From contig JBDKRX010000019.1 of the NCBI GenBank assembly GCA_039683175.1, positions 49,423 through 113,422 on the forward strand: a DNA stretch of 64,000 nt. The letters run 5' to 3'. Below are positions 53,453 to 62,567 of the stretch, one piece after another. The translations under genes were made by a program, and so were the position numbers. Position 1 is the stretch's first letter; each line of letters begins with the position of its first letter. Below the pieces are notes generated by a model. That model was not told the origin of the DNA. It searched no databases and worked only from the letters and a program-made list of their open reading frames with translations. Origin of the DNA: Phycisphaerales bacterium. GTDB taxonomy: Bacteria; Planctomycetota; Phycisphaerae; Sedimentisphaerales; Anaerobacaceae.

Positions 53453-53512
53453 GACGAACACGCTGCCGCCCGGTTGTTTTGGGGTGAATGGGAAATGAGA
53501 ACGGAGAGAACG

Positions 53513-55996
53513 ATGAAGCGGTTGACTGGAGCCTGTGCCGCGTTTTGTCTGATAGGTGCGGCAACGCTGCGTGCCGATGAGCCGCAATGGAACATCCGGA
53601 ACCATATTCCCTTCGAGCGGATGATCGTTCAGGCTCATCGCGGTTACGGCAACGCCGCGCCGGAAGGTTCTCTCGAATCATTCGAGATGGCCTGGAAGCT
53701 CAACATGGTTCCGGAGGCGGATCTCCGAATGACCAAAGATGGGGTTATCGTTTCTTTCCATGATAGCAACTTCTCGCGAATTCTCCCCGATGCCCCGGCG
53801 GAACTGAAGAGCAAGGGGATCAAGGACCTGACGTTCGAGGAAACACAGCAACTGGACATCGGAAGGTACTGCGGCGAGCAGTTCGCTGGCCAGAAGATCA
53901 TCAGCCTGGCCGAGATGATAGAGGTCCTGAACGCACATCCGGAACGCATGCTCTACATCGATATCAAAGAAATCGATTTCGATGTCCTGGCTCAGCAGAC
54001 GATGGGGCACCATCCCCAATTGATCGTTGCATCGACGAAGTACGATGAACTCAGGGAGTGGAAACGGGTCGCGCCACGCTCCAAGACGCTCCACTGGATG
54101 GGCGGAAACCAGGCAGATATTGAGAAGAGACTGGCCGCTCTTCGCGAGGTGAAGTTCGCCCATATTGACCAGCTTCAAATTCACACGCGTATCGGTGACA
54201 ACGGTGTCATATCGCCCAGCGAAGCGTTCTTGAGGAAGACCGGCGACGAGCTTCGCAGATATGGCATTGTGTTTCAGACGTTTCCCCAGACGCAGGGCGA
54301 CAAGGCCGAGACCTATCACCGGCTCCTGGATCTCGGCTTCGCCAGCTTCGGCACCGACTATCCCGAACAGACCATGAATGCCATCAAGGCTTACTATGAC
54401 GAAGGCGGGCAGATCACTCTGGCAACTCTGCTGGAGGAGATGATCGATCGCGACCGTCTGGCCCGACGGCCTCAGCCGTCGTATCAGTTGCTCCAGGCAT
54501 CCAGCTACAATCGCGAGTCCGTGCACCGGGACCAGCCGGGCTGGTTTGCCGATAGCGATGGGCTCGGCTTCGTTCGCACCGAGACGGTGGATGGCAAGAC
54601 CGAGTGGGTCCTCATGGAGCACGAGGGCCCAGGGTGCATTACGCGGATCTGGACGCCGTTCTTCTACTACGACTTCAACGAGCGGACCGGGCCCAACGTC
54701 CGGATCTACCTGGATGGAGGCAGGACACCCGTCATTGATGAGAGCCTGATCAAGCTGGTGACCGCCCAGGGATTCGTCAAACCTCCCTTCGCGGTCTTCA
54801 CCGCCCGGGCGGGGGATCTGTACCTGCCGATTCCGTTTGCCAAGAGTTGCAGGGTGACGATGACGGGCAAACCGTTCTATCATATCATCAACTATCGCGC
54901 GTATCCGGCAGACACGGCTTTGGAAACCTTCACCCTGGCCGCCTATGAAGCGGCGGATCGTGAGAGGATCGGCAAGCTTCTCTACGAGGCTCCCGATTTC
55001 AGCTCGGGTCGGCCGGCGACTCTCCGCAGGGACATTGAGCCGGGCGAACGCGCCGAGGTCCCGCTGCCCGACGGTCCGGCCGCCGTGCGAGGGATCGCTA
55101 TTCGGCTCAAGGCTCCGCCGGCCTCCGACTCCCTGCGTTCGACGGTGCTGGCGATGACCGCCGATGGGGAGCAGACTATCTGGTGCCCGGTCGGGGACTT
55201 CTTCTGCTGCGCCGATTCGCTCCACCCGTTCCACACGTGGGAACGGACCGTCTCCGAGGACGGCGCGATGGCATGCCGCTGGGTCATGCCCTACGAGAAA
55301 TCCGCAGCAATCCAAGTCCTCAACCTGAGCACGCAGCGGGTGACGGTCGAACTGACCGCGACCATCGGGCCGTGGAAGTGGGACGAGCGATCCATGTACT
55401 TTCGCGTCAATTGGCGACCCGACGAGGTCGTGCCGGGCACGCCATTCCAGGACTGGAACTTCATCGACATCCGAGGTCGCGGCGTGTATGTGGGCGACGC
55501 CTGGACGGTCCTGAATATCGAAGATGGCTGGTGGGGCGAAGGCGATGAGAAGATCTACGTGGATGGCGCCTGGGACAACGGTTTCCCCACGCACTTCGGC
55601 ACGGGCACCGAGGACTACTACGGCTGGGCCGGTGGCGTGAATCCGACGCGAGCCGACGAGTTCGACGAGCCCTTCCTCGCGAACGTCCGGGTCGGCGGAC
55701 TGGGCCAAGCCGGTCTGACTCGCGGCTACAACATCTGCACGCGAACCCGCAGTCTGGACGCGATCCCCTTCGACCGGCGCTTGTGTTTCGATATCGAAGC
55801 CTCGTTCGGCACGCAGATGCGAGAGCCCTGGGATCTGCTCGGATACTCGTCGGTGACCTTCTGGTACGCGTTGCCCGGCGCGACCTGCAACCGGGGTCCC
55901 CAGCCACAAGAGGCCGCCAAACCGATCATATCGTCGTCCCAACTGCAGAAGACCTCCGACGAGATCAAACGCAAGGCTGAACAAGGCCGGAAGTAG
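53513..55996 (+). CDS. secreted fusion protein: glycerophosphodiester phosphodiesterase (GDPD) domain + DUF2961/GH172-like domain
   Basis: Signal peptide (LTGACAAFCLIGAATLRA). GDPD motifs VQAHRGY...PEGSLESF...EADLRMTKDGVIVSFHD. C-terminal WWGEGDEKIYVDG...FGTGTEDYYGWAGG, typical of DUF2961. Confidence 0.7.
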   Translation: MKRLTGACAAFCLIGAATLRADEPQWNIRNHIPFERMIVQAHRGYGNAAPEGSLESFEMAWKLNMVPEADLRMTKDGVIVSFHDSNFSRILPDAPAELKSKGIKDLTFEETQQLDIGRYCGEQFAGQKIISLAEMIEVLNAHPERMLYIDIKEIDFDVLAQQTMGHHPQLIVASTKYDELREWKRVAPRSKTLHWMGGNQADIEKRLAALREVKFAHIDQLQIHTRIGDNGVISPSEAFLRKTGDELRRYGIVFQTFPQTQGDKAETYHRLLDLGFASFGTDYPEQTMNAIKAYYDEGGQITLATLLEEMIDRDRLARRPQPSYQLLQASSYNRESVHRDQPGWFADSDGLGFVRTETVDGKTEWVLMEHEGPGCITRIWTPFFYYDFNERTGPNVRIYLDGGRTPVIDESLIKLVTAQGFVKPPFAVFTARAGDLYLPIPFAKSCRVTMTGKPFYHIINYRAYPADTALETFTLAAYEAADRERIGKLLYEAPDFSSGRPATLRRDIEPGERAEVPLPDGPAAVRGIAIRLKAPPASDSLRSTVLAMTADGEQTIWCPVGDFFCCADSLHPFHTWERTVSEDGAMACRWVMPYEKSAAIQVLNLSTQRVTVELTATIGPWKWDERSMYFRVNWRPDEVVPGTPFQDWNFIDIRGRGVYVGDAWTVLNIEDGWWGEGDEKIYVDGAWDNGFPTHFGTGTEDYYGWAGGVNPTRADEFDEPFLANVRVGGLGQAGLTRGYNICTRTRSLDAIPFDRRLCFDIEASFGTQMREPWDLLGYSSVTFWYALPGATCNRGPQPQEAAKPIISSSQLQKTSDEIKRKAEQGRK

Positions 55997-56124
55997 ACCG
56001 CCAGAACGCACAGCGTGCTTCAGGATTGTGACTTCTCCAGGGTCGTCCTCACTCATCGGGAGTCTGCACAGCTTGCCATTCCTGGTAGAACAGAGCTATG
56101 AATGGACTTGATTCTATTCACAAG

Positions 56125-57267
56125 TCATGGAAGCACGGGAGTGTGGCTCTGCCGACGACGGGACCGGCGGACAAAGAAGATGCACCAGGGCGCAACGGCC
56201 GCCAAGGCTATGCCGGAGGCGGTCGCGCCTATTGCGGCGCCGTTCGGTAGAGTGATCTTCCGATAGTCTTCGGGGATTTCGGGAAGGAACTTCGCCTCGT
56301 CGATTGGAAGACCCCACGTGAAGGTGTCGTCCATGATTCTGAGATGCGATTTTTCGAAGAGACTCACGACGCAAGGTGCGATTTCGCCTTCCGCTTCATT
56401 GCGGATGGGCAGCTTGGTTTCCGGATCGATCCAGGCTCGCGCGGTCACGTCGCCTATACTCAGGAAAAATGAAGCGACTTTCCCGTTGAGCCCTTTCGGC
56501 ATTCGCTTGCTCCAATCCGTTGCTTCGAACCCGATCGCGTTGATGCCATCGATCTGTTTGGGACCGATCTTCCGGTAGTCGCCGGACTGATAGAGCATCT
56601 TGATGAACCCTTGAATCGTGAACCCGGCCATCGCGTCCCGATAGTCTTGCGACAACGGGAAACGAACGTACATTTTGGCGAGCGGAAACAGGAAGGTCGC
56701 GACGCCTTGGCTGTCGGCACAGGCATGTGCGAGCAATTCGCCGTCTTCCGTGTACACCAGGTTGGCGTAACCCTGGGGCGACACATAGGTCTCCGAGAAG
56801 AGCGTCCAGGTGTAGGAACCATCTTCCTGGGCAACGAGGTTCTTCTCGAACAACTCTTCGAATCCCGGCGGCACGAAAGCCGGTTTCCGGCCGAAATGGA
56901 GCGTTCTCTTCCCGGTCGCCAGGACGGTCTCTTGTGCCTGAACAGCTTTCTGAACATCCGCCAGGACGACGCTCTCCGGCACGATTCCATGACCGCCCGG
57001 GAACAGAAAAGAAACTGCGACCAGAACCGCGATCGTCACGCCAGCCAACCTTGTATATCGACTTGTCATAATACACCTCCCTATCTGCATCAGTTGCATT
57101 CTTCGATTCGGTACCGGCCGGGCGAATCCCGTCTGCACGAGCTTCGCGTCCTGTGGAAAGCGACGTGCCCACGGCCCGAACTCAAACGAAGGGGGCTCGC
57201 GGTGCAGGTGTTTGGCAAGCATCTCGTCCAGCCGATCTATGTTGTCTTTTCGTTTCATAGGGATCAC
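56125..57267 (-). CDS. putative membrane anti-sigma factor with extracytoplasmic domain
   Basis: Starts 2 nt after the ECF sigma stop. Cytoplasmic N-terminus, TM (LAGVTIAVLVAVSFLF), large periplasmic part, and a second hydrophobic stretch plus RRSRRR at the C-terminus. Confidence 0.6.
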   Translation of the reverse strand: MIPMKRKDNIDRLDEMLAKHLHREPPSFEFGPWARRFPQDAKLVQTGFARPVPNRRMQLMQIGRCIMTSRYTRLAGVTIAVLVAVSFLFPGGHGIVPESVVLADVQKAVQAQETVLATGKRTLHFGRKPAFVPPGFEELFEKNLVAQEDGSYTWTLFSETYVSPQGYANLVYTEDGELLAHACADSQGVATFLFPLAKMYVRFPLSQDYRDAMAGFTIQGFIKMLYQSGDYRKIGPKQIDGINAIGFEATDWSKRMPKGLNGKVASFFLSIGDVTARAWIDPETKLPIRNEAEGEIAPCVVSLFEKSHLRIMDDTFTWGLPIDEAKFLPEIPEDYRKITLPNGAAIGATASGIALAAVAPWCIFFVRRSRRRQSHTPVLP

Positions 57268-57269
57268 AC

Positions 57270-57800
57270 CTACGGCTCAAATCCTTCTGCCTTCAAGAAC
57301 GCTGCAATTCGTTTCTTGGCCCGCCGAAGCCGGCCGTCGATGGATTGCGGCGTCGCGCCGAGAATATTGCCCATCTGTTCGTAGCTCATTCCGTCGTAGA
57401 ACCGCAAGAAGACCACCTCGCGAAGACGCGGCGGCAACTGCCGCACTGCTTCGGTCAAGGCTTCGTTCTCCGCGTCTTGGCGCGGGTCCGATCCCGGCGG
57501 CGGACGGTCTTCGGCAGACGCCCGGTGCCTGATGCGGTCTCGAAGCATGTCCTTCGCCACGTTCCGGCAGATCGCCGCCACCCAAGTGCCAAACCGCCCT
57601 GGCTCTTTCAGCTTTGGAAGCTGCCGGCAGGCGTGCGCGAGGGTCTCCTGCGCGGCATCCTCCGCCAAATGCCGGTCCAGCAGAATCGAGTCTGCCACCG
57701 CGATCAGCGGAGAGTAGTACCGCCGACACAACAGCTCGAAGCTCTCCGGGTCTGCCTGCAGGGCTTGCCGGACAAGGATGTCATCCTCGGCGTTCGTCAT
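57270..57800 (-). CDS. ECF-type RNA polymerase sigma-70 factor
   Basis: Region 2 (AEDAAQETLAHA...FGTWVAAICRNVAKD) and region 4 (LPPRLREVVFLRFYDGMSYEQMGNILGATPQSIDGRLRRAKKRI). Confidence 0.9.
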   Translation of the reverse strand: MTNAEDDILVRQALQADPESFELLCRRYYSPLIAVADSILLDRHLAEDAAQETLAHACRQLPKLKEPGRFGTWVAAICRNVAKDMLRDRIRHRASAEDRPPPGSDPRQDAENEALTEAVRQLPPRLREVVFLRFYDGMSYEQMGNILGATPQSIDGRLRRAKKRIAAFLKAEGFEP

Positions 57801-57920
57801 GCGTCCATCACCATGTTTTCAGAGCCGCTCTGTACTTCTGCTATTATGTCCCCGGTCGCCCCGAAGAATCGGCGCAAAAATCCAGAATCTGATGAAAAAG
57901 CCCTGCGGAGGAGACTGACG

Positions 57921-58091
57921 ATGAAAGAAGACAGAGCGATCGAAGAGACTCGAAGCATACGCAAGCAGATATCGAAGGAGTGCGATGACGCCCCCCATCA
58001 GCTTGTTCAGCACTCCATGCGCCGGCAGAAGACGAACGTCCGGAGGCTTCGAAAGACCATGAAACGATCTTCTCTGCGGTCGGAATCCTGA
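57921..58091 (+). CDS. possible small basic protein (56 aa)
   Basis: GGAGGAG 7 nt upstream of the ATG. MKEDRAIEETRSIRKQISKECDDAPHQLVQHSMRRQK... No assignable family. Confidence 0.4.
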   Translation: MKEDRAIEETRSIRKQISKECDDAPHQLVQHSMRRQKTNVRRLRKTMKRSSLRSES

Positions 58092-58140
58092 AGCCGCACG
58101 CGGCCGAACGGCCCGAGGGCCGTCGCCCGGCGATAGCCGC

Positions 58141-58203
58141 GTTTCGGGTTTTGGACTTGAGTCATTGGAATTTGTTTTGGATTTGGTGCTTCGGATTTGG
58201 GAT
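58141..58203 (-). repeat. half copy (single arm) of the heptad-periodic element, copy F
   Basis: The minus strand reads CCCAAATCCGAAGCACCAAATCCAAAACAAATTCCAATGACTCAAGTCCAAAACCCGAAAC, which is left-arm type. It encodes the last 14 codons and the stop of the upstream gene. Confidence 0.75.
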
Positions 58204-60876
58204 GTTCTCGTCCAGGATCGTGACAGTCCCCCGGTCGCCGTCCACGCGGAGCAGTTGGCCGGTCCGGATGATCTTGGATGCGGAGCCGACATTGACGACG
58301 GCCGGGATGCCGTACTCGCGGGCGATGATCGCGCCGTGCGAGAGGACGCCGCCCAGGTCCATGACCACGCCGGCCGCCGGCAGGAAGTAAGGCGTCCACG
58401 CCGGGTCGGTGAACGGGGCGACGAGAATCTCGCCGGCCTCGACGTGCCCGTGATCGTCGGTGCGGAGAATGACGCGGGCCTTGCCCGTCACGATGCCGGG
58501 CGATACGGCTATCCCTTTCCACTCCCTGGCGGCATCGTCGATCTGGGGCAGCACGTGTTTCCGTGGATCGAATCGGCCTATCACGACCGGCGGCGGCGTA
58601 CAGGCCTTGTTTCGCTCGTAGTCCGGCCGTCGAGCGGCGATTCGCGGCCTGGCATCGAAATCCGCGCGACCCTGCGAGAGAGCCTCGATCTCGCCGAGCT
58701 CCAGAAAGAAGATGTCCTCGGCAAGAGGCAGGACGCCGTTCTTGTGCAGCCTGTCGCCCAGCGTCAGGAGCGCCCGGCGCAAAGCCGCCAACTGGCGGAC
58801 GACCTCGTTCTTCCAGTTCTCGCGGTCCGCGGCGAGCTTGCGCACCGCCGTGAGCGACCAGTTGAAGATCGCTCGCTTGATCGGATTCCTCAGGCGTTTG
58901 CGGCATCGCTCGGTCAGATCGTCGCGTTCGGCTGCCAGCCGGCGGCGGTTATCGAGTGGGCTCACGTTCCCGATGGAACGCAGATAGTTGCGTACCATGT
59001 CGAGGACGTAGTCGGGCCTCTCGGACCAGCGGGCGTTGGCGAGTTCCAGTTCGCCCCGGCAATGGTGTCCGTGGTCGGTCATAAACCGCTCCCAGGCTTC
59101 GAGGAACCGGCGGCCGGGCTCCGTCCCGCGGAGTCTCTCTCGCGCCGGACCCCACGAATCCTCGGACAGCAGCGTCCCCTCCGTCTGTGCGTCGCCATGC
59201 GCCGATTCCGCAAGACGCCAGAGTTCCAGGCCGGCTTCGGTATCTGCGATCCCGCCCTGGGCGGCCAGGAGTCGATAGCCCAAGGTGAGGTCCTGGTCGC
59301 CCAGCCAACGCCGGCAGGCCCGGTCGAACAGCAGGATCGCCGGAGCGCTCGTAACCAGGTACAACAGGTCCAGGTCGTCCACGTTCTGCCGCAAGGTTGC
59401 CGGCACGAGCCTCGCAAGGTCCGCCGTGCTCATGGCCTCCATGTCGATCGCGAGAAGCTCTTCATTACGCGCCTTGATCCTGGCACGGGCCCGAGCCCCT
59501 CGCTTGGGCGAATGACTGAACAGGGTGTAGATGACCCGCGGCCACGAGAGAATGTACCTGGGCCAACTGAAACCGAGATCCGGCAGATCCTCGTCGGGGA
59601 AATCGAACTCGCCGAGGTGGTACATTCTCACATGCCCACCGCCGAACATCGCCTCGGACCTGGCTGCGTCGTCGGATCTGATGCCAAACGGCAGAACGGC
59701 GGCCATTCCCACATTGATGCTGAAATACACCCGGCCCGCCACCAGGCCGACAACCGGGCTCTTGTTGATGTCCGCGCCCACCAGACGGCAGACCGAGCCA
59801 AACATGGGGTAGAACAGAAGTTGAATCATCGACCACGTGGCGGGAGTCACAACATCCGGAAAAACTTCGCCCACGTTCGTGTTGGCCCAACCCTGGCGGT
59901 CTTCCCAGGACCTGGGTTGCGGGATCGCCGTGATGGGCCGGGTCTGGAGAAACCAAAGCGTGCCGTCGTGGATTGCCCACTCGATATCCTGTGGGCCGCC
60001 GAGCCTTCTCTCGATCCGTCGAACGGATCGGCCGAGCCTCCGGGCGGATTTCAGGTCGAGCGAGGGTTCGTCCCCCGCGAGGTTCTGGCGGATCCGCCTC
60101 AGGTTCTTCTTCACCAGCAGGATACGATCGGGCTGGACCTTGCCGGAAACCAACGCCTCGCCGAGACCCCGGCACGACTCGATCACGATCCGGCTGCGGC
60201 TGCCTGTGACCGGATCGAGCGTGAAAGCGACCCCGGCGACGTCCGGCTCGATCTGTTGCTGCACGATGACTGCCATCTCGACCTGTTGGTGGTCGATCCC
60301 GTTTCGCCGGCGGTACTCATACGCCCGCTCAGTCCACAACGACGCCCAGCATCTCTTGATTGCGTCGAGACACTCCTCCAGCGACTTCACGCCAAGAACT
60401 GTCTCATACTGCCCGGCGAACGAGTGCCCGGGCAGGTCCTCCGCCGTGGCCGAGGAACGCACGGCTGCGACGGAGGCCCCCAGCCGGCGATATGCGGCTG
60501 CGATCTCCGCACGGAAGGCGTCTGTCAGAGGCACGCCCTTGATGAGTCTGCGAATCTCCTCCAGTGCCTGCTGCACACCGTCGGGGCGGACGTCGATGCC
60601 ATCCGCGATCGCTGCAATCTGTGGACGAAGGCCGTTTGCATCGAGATGCTCCGCAAACGCAGCCGTCGTTACGAAGAAGCACGGAGGGACTTGCATGCCC
60701 AAGCAGCGAAGCATGCACAGACTCGCCGCCTTCGGGCCGACCAGACTTCGATCCGTGGCCGACAACCTGCCGTTCAACCAGTAGACGGCTCTCTCATCCA
60801 CGATGATCCTCACTACATCATGTACCAGGCAACCACCTGGAATACGAGGATAGCCGCATTTCCCAGGGAGTGCCAC
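58162..60876 (-). CDS. PEP-utilising enzyme family protein, rifampicin-phosphotransferase-like architecture (ATP-grasp N-terminus + swivel His domain, no PEP/pyruvate barrel)
   Basis: N-terminal PPDK_N-like VGPKAASLCML...VPPCFFVTT...SSATAEDLPGHSFAGQYET. C-terminal mobile domain GIAVSPGIVTGKARVI...ILVAPFTDPAWTPYF...GGVLSHGAIIAREYGIPAV. The start may be the GTG at 60813. Confidence 0.75.
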   Translation of the reverse strand: MALPGKCGYPRIPGGCLVHDVVRIIVDERAVYWLNGRLSATDRSLVGPKAASLCMLRCLGMQVPPCFFVTTAAFAEHLDANGLRPQIAAIADGIDVRPDGVQQALEEIRRLIKGVPLTDAFRAEIAAAYRRLGASVAAVRSSATAEDLPGHSFAGQYETVLGVKSLEECLDAIKRCWASLWTERAYEYRRRNGIDHQQVEMAVIVQQQIEPDVAGVAFTLDPVTGSRSRIVIESCRGLGEALVSGKVQPDRILLVKKNLRRIRQNLAGDEPSLDLKSARRLGRSVRRIERRLGGPQDIEWAIHDGTLWFLQTRPITAIPQPRSWEDRQGWANTNVGEVFPDVVTPATWSMIQLLFYPMFGSVCRLVGADINKSPVVGLVAGRVYFSINVGMAAVLPFGIRSDDAARSEAMFGGGHVRMYHLGEFDFPDEDLPDLGFSWPRYILSWPRVIYTLFSHSPKRGARARARIKARNEELLAIDMEAMSTADLARLVPATLRQNVDDLDLLYLVTSAPAILLFDRACRRWLGDQDLTLGYRLLAAQGGIADTEAGLELWRLAESAHGDAQTEGTLLSEDSWGPARERLRGTEPGRRFLEAWERFMTDHGHHCRGELELANARWSERPDYVLDMVRNYLRSIGNVSPLDNRRRLAAERDDLTERCRKRLRNPIKRAIFNWSLTAVRKLAADRENWKNEVVRQLAALRRALLTLGDRLHKNGVLPLAEDIFFLELGEIEALSQGRADFDARPRIAARRPDYERNKACTPPPVVIGRFDPRKHVLPQIDDAAREWKGIAVSPGIVTGKARVILRTDDHGHVEAGEILVAPFTDPAWTPYFLPAAGVVMDLGGVLSHGAIIAREYGIPAVVNVGSASKIIRTGQLLRVDGDRGTVTILDENIPNPKHQIQNKFQ

Positions 60877-61544
60877 ACGATAGGCACGAAAATCGACTCA
60901 CTGCGAATGTACGCCCAGGCCAGGATATAGCCGGCCACGAGGTTGGTCGGCGCCGGGTTGCCATAGAGCAAGTGCAGGGCGCCGAACACCACGCCGGAAA
61001 TCACAATGGCACGCCATGGGCCGAACAGAGCCGCCAATGGCGCGCAGAGCACCAGTCGATACAGCAACTCTTCGAGAAGTGGGTAGTACACGCACCAGCC
61101 CGGCAGAATGCGGAGGGCCGATTCCGGGGCCAGGACGAAACGAGGAGGCATATGAACCACCCGGTAGAAGACGCAGACGAGGCACAGGAACAGAATCAGA
61201 CCGGCGCCGATCACCGCGGTTGCCTTCCCCCAGTAGCCAAAGCCTTTTCTTGGGTGCAATACCAAACCGATCGATACGCGATCCCCACGAGCTGAGCACA
61301 GGAGACATGCGACGGCTGAGATTGCCAGTGTCATCCTGTAGACATGGAGATTCCACGGTCTGTGCAGGCAGATGAGGACATCAATGATCACCGCTCCTGC
61401 CGCGAGAACTGTTGCCAGGACGGCCATGCCTCGATGATCGAGAAGAGCCCGTCCGATGTGGGTTCCGAGCTGCCCTTGGGCCCTGCCAATCGTCGCCCCC
61501 AACTTTTCCAGGTGTCCAAGTTTCTTGCCGACCGTATTCACCAC
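60813..61544 (-). CDS. CPBP family intramembrane glutamic endopeptidase (CAAX protease/Abi family)
   Basis: Multi-TM protein with EELLYRLVL, FGALHL and WHSLGN motifs. Confidence 0.8.
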   Translation of the reverse strand: MVNTVGKKLGHLEKLGATIGRAQGQLGTHIGRALLDHRGMAVLATVLAAGAVIIDVLICLHRPWNLHVYRMTLAISAVACLLCSARGDRVSIGLVLHPRKGFGYWGKATAVIGAGLILFLCLVCVFYRVVHMPPRFVLAPESALRILPGWCVYYPLLEELLYRLVLCAPLAALFGPWRAIVISGVVFGALHLLYGNPAPTNLVAGYILAWAYIRSESIFVPIVWHSLGNAAILVFQVVAWYMM

Positions 61545-61562
61545 CTCGTTTTCTGACGGGCC

Positions 61563-62447
61563 TCATCCATTGCCGGTCGGATTGTGGATGACATGCGTTC
61601 CTTCATTGACGGCTTCGAACCAGGCGAAGGACTTGTCGTGGTCTTTTTGCGTGATCGCGAAGCCCGTGAACTGACGATTCATGTCGTCGAATGTAAAAAA
61701 CGGCGGAGTAAAGAAGCCGTTGCGGACGCCGAACCGGTTCACGAACCAATCGGAGAGCCGCCGGGCCCCCTGGACATAACCGCAGGCCAGGAGTCTTCCA
61801 TCCTTGCGGAGGACCCGCCCCATCTCCGACACGGCACGTTGTTTGTCGTCGAAGGCGTGCCAGCCGTTCATCGAGAGCACCATGCCCACAACGCCGTCTC
61901 TGACAGGCAGGTGGGCTGCATCGGCTTTCACCAGAAGGACATTGTTCACGCCCTCCTTCTGAAAGCGAGCCTTGGCCTTTCGCAGCATGTTCATGGAGAT
62001 ATCCACGCCGATGATCGTGGCGGATCGGTAGCGACGGTAGAGCGAGGCGGTGAAGACCCCGGTCCCCACAGGCACGTCCAGGAGAACACCGTCAAATTGC
62101 TCCGGCAACAGTGCCAACGCCTTGCTGATCGGATCGCGGTCGCTAACCAACCCCCAGACAATCCTGCCAACGACCTTCATAGGGACCGTGGAGGACATCA
62201 TGCAGGAATCGTACCGCCGGGTCGCTTTGTCATAGGCCGTGGCGATCCTGTCGTTTGCCCCAGGACAGAAATCGACAATGCCGTCGACGACGGGGTAAGT
62301 CGTGTCAGAACTCTCCGCGCGCAGAACCGACGCCGCTTCGTCGAGACAAAGCTTGGCGCCTGTCCTGGGGCATCGAAGGATATCCGTCCAATCCACTGCC
62401 GGTCTCCGGATGTCGCCGCAGACACCATGGTACACAGACGACGACAT
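61563..62447 (-). CDS. class I SAM-dependent methyltransferase with N-terminal Trm112-like zinc-ribbon segment
   Basis: ILRCPRTGAKL...YPVVDGIVDF, followed by VLLDVPVGTGVFT, IIGVDIS and the LSMNGWHAF methyltransferase type-11 pattern. Confidence 0.8.
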   Translation of the reverse strand: MSSSVYHGVCGDIRRPAVDWTDILRCPRTGAKLCLDEAASVLRAESSDTTYPVVDGIVDFCPGANDRIATAYDKATRRYDSCMMSSTVPMKVVGRIVWGLVSDRDPISKALALLPEQFDGVLLDVPVGTGVFTASLYRRYRSATIIGVDISMNMLRKAKARFQKEGVNNVLLVKADAAHLPVRDGVVGMVLSMNGWHAFDDKQRAVSEMGRVLRKDGRLLACGYVQGARRLSDWFVNRFGVRNGFFTPPFFTFDDMNRQFTGFAITQKDHDKSFAWFEAVNEGTHVIHNPTGNG

Positions 62448-62567
62448 TGCCGCAACAACGTGTCTCTATTCTCGCCACAAGAATGTACCTGCCGGTCCCA
62501 TGAATCGGGACCGGCAGGCTTTGACAGTCTCTTGGTTGAGCCAGCCCATTCCAGGATTCGTCGGCTG

